A stretch of 64,000 nucleotides of DNA from Calditrichia bacterium. Lineage in GTDB: Bacteria > Calditrichota > Calditrichia > JAJRVZ01. A program made the translations under genes and the position numbers. The notes beneath the pieces were generated by a model. The model had not been told where the DNA came from. It searched no databases and saw nothing but the letters and a program-made list of their open reading frames with translations. This document shows positions 62,945-64,000 of the stretch, one piece after another. How positions within the stretch are numbered: the first letter of the stretch is position 1; every line of letters starts with the position of its first letter. Location of the stretch: positions 64,001 to 128,000 of the forward strand of contig CAVZSQ010000019.1 of NCBI GenBank assembly GCA_963777955.1. Direction: 5' to 3'.

Positions 62945-64000
62945 ATGTTATTCCGTTTCCCATTCATTATACTGTTTTTTATGGTGGCATTAATGACGGC
63001 ATTTGCTAACGCACAGAGTCCGGAGTGGATGAACGGTTCTCAGTCAAAACTCGAGCAGGAACTTGTTTCCAAATACGGAGAGACTCAACACGAGCGGATC
63101 AGCAGTGGATTGAAACAGGTCAAAGATTTCTGGCGCAGCCAGGATGGTGATGCCGCGGTTTTCGAAGAGTTTATCCGTACCAATTTTGCCGGCGATCAGG
63201 CCACCCTCGATGCCATGTTCGTCCGTTTCGAAAATCTGCTGGAACAACTTTATGGACACATGAATGAAATCGGCCTGGAATTCCGCCGGCAAACCGATCT
63301 TGATCTGGGTACCGTTTATCCTTTTGACGAAATCTTCGCCGCCTATTCTCCGGATGCCCACATCACCGACTGATTTTTTTGCCAATAAACTGGCCTTCAT
63401 TGTTTTGTTGAACTTTCCGCTGACTACTCTGGAAGAACGGTTGAGCAAGGGAGCACAATGGTCACGTCGTCAGTGGGCAGAGGTGCGGCTGGCCCAGAGA
63501 TTTTCCAAGCGTATTCCGGCGGAAGTCAATCAGGCCGTGGCCGCCGCCACCGCCGTCGCCGACCAGTATATCGCGGATTACAATATCTATATGCATCATC
63601 TTATCGACGCAAAAGGTAACCGTCTTTTCCCGCCCAAAATGCGCCTGCTCTCGCACTGGAACCTGCGCGATGAACTGAAAGCAGACTATGGCGATCAAAC
63701 CAACGGCCTGGCCAAGCAAAAAATGATCGTCCAGGTCATGGAACGGATTGTGACCCAGACGATTCCGGCGGTCGTGGTCAATAATCCCAACATCGATTGG
63801 AATCCTTTTTCCAACGAAGTAAAAGCAACAACTGTGCAGGATGTTGAGGATAAAGGCAGGGCATCGCTCAAAGTCACGGCTGATCCTGAACCCGATACAC
63901 GTTATGCCACACTGCTGCAGACTTTTCTTGGAGCCAGGCAAGTCGATCCCTACTCCCCTACTGCCCCGACCCTGATTGCCCGCAGATTCGATGAAAACCG
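62945..64000 (+). CDS. Conserved exported hypothetical protein; +1 frameshift at ~63371; runs off the window end
   Basis: GGAGG RBS and signal peptide. After removing one base the frame continues DDFFANKLAFIVLLNFPLTTLEERL...LLSHWNLRDELKADY and stays open to 64000. Confidence 0.8.

Noticed and set aside
16600..63380. Stop-codon reassignment (TGA readthrough) to explain broken genes at 16607, 18599 and 63371
   Set aside because: Reading through TGA hits another stop within a few codons, whereas a 1-bp frame change restores protein-like sequence.
1..64000. tRNA, rRNA, transposase or prophage genes
   Set aside because: I recognised no cloverleaf or rRNA-like segments and no DDE, integrase or phage structural motifs by eye; tRNAscan-SE and HMM searches would confirm.

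Overview
Bacterial chromosomal window, most likely from an FCB-superphylum organism such as Calditrichota or KSB1. That assignment is an inference from four secreted proteins ending in a 'NYPNPFNP...K(M)xLL(K/R)' C-terminal sorting domain, plus many lipoproteins and beta-barrels. I found no rRNA, tRNA, CRISPR array or transposase. About 18 genes carry single-base frameshifts, mostly insertions. This looks like long-read consensus error, so many ORF-track fragments were rejoined here. Housekeeping content: trpR-trpB2 with a perfect palindromic operator, pepP, dCMP deaminase, GNAT, a cobalamin riboswitch in front of a btuB-like receptor, xylB-SSS transporter-galK, nnr, a CNNM protein and glycoside hydrolases. 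The best candidates for undescribed systems are: (1) 6508-12855, a three-gene envelope-spanning locus with an ATPase-TM-periplasmic receptor, a beta-barrel, and a soluble Ser/Thr kinase-adenylate cyclase-ATPase fusion, where the two STAND-like ATPases are paralogous; (2) 42480-46087, a type-1-copper protein, Cache-HAMP adenylate cyclase and beta-barrel operon; (3) 23101-27341, an operon with OMP, LolA-like, signal-peptide-bearing YidD-like and two TPR-TM proteins; (4) a 720-aa secreted protein with a Cys-rich leader domain placed before an internal signal peptide and three CxxC...H repeats; (5) an ~1855-aa beta-helix surface protein built from near-identical, mosaic 1305-bp tandem units. All family assignments come from motif recognition by eye, not database searches.
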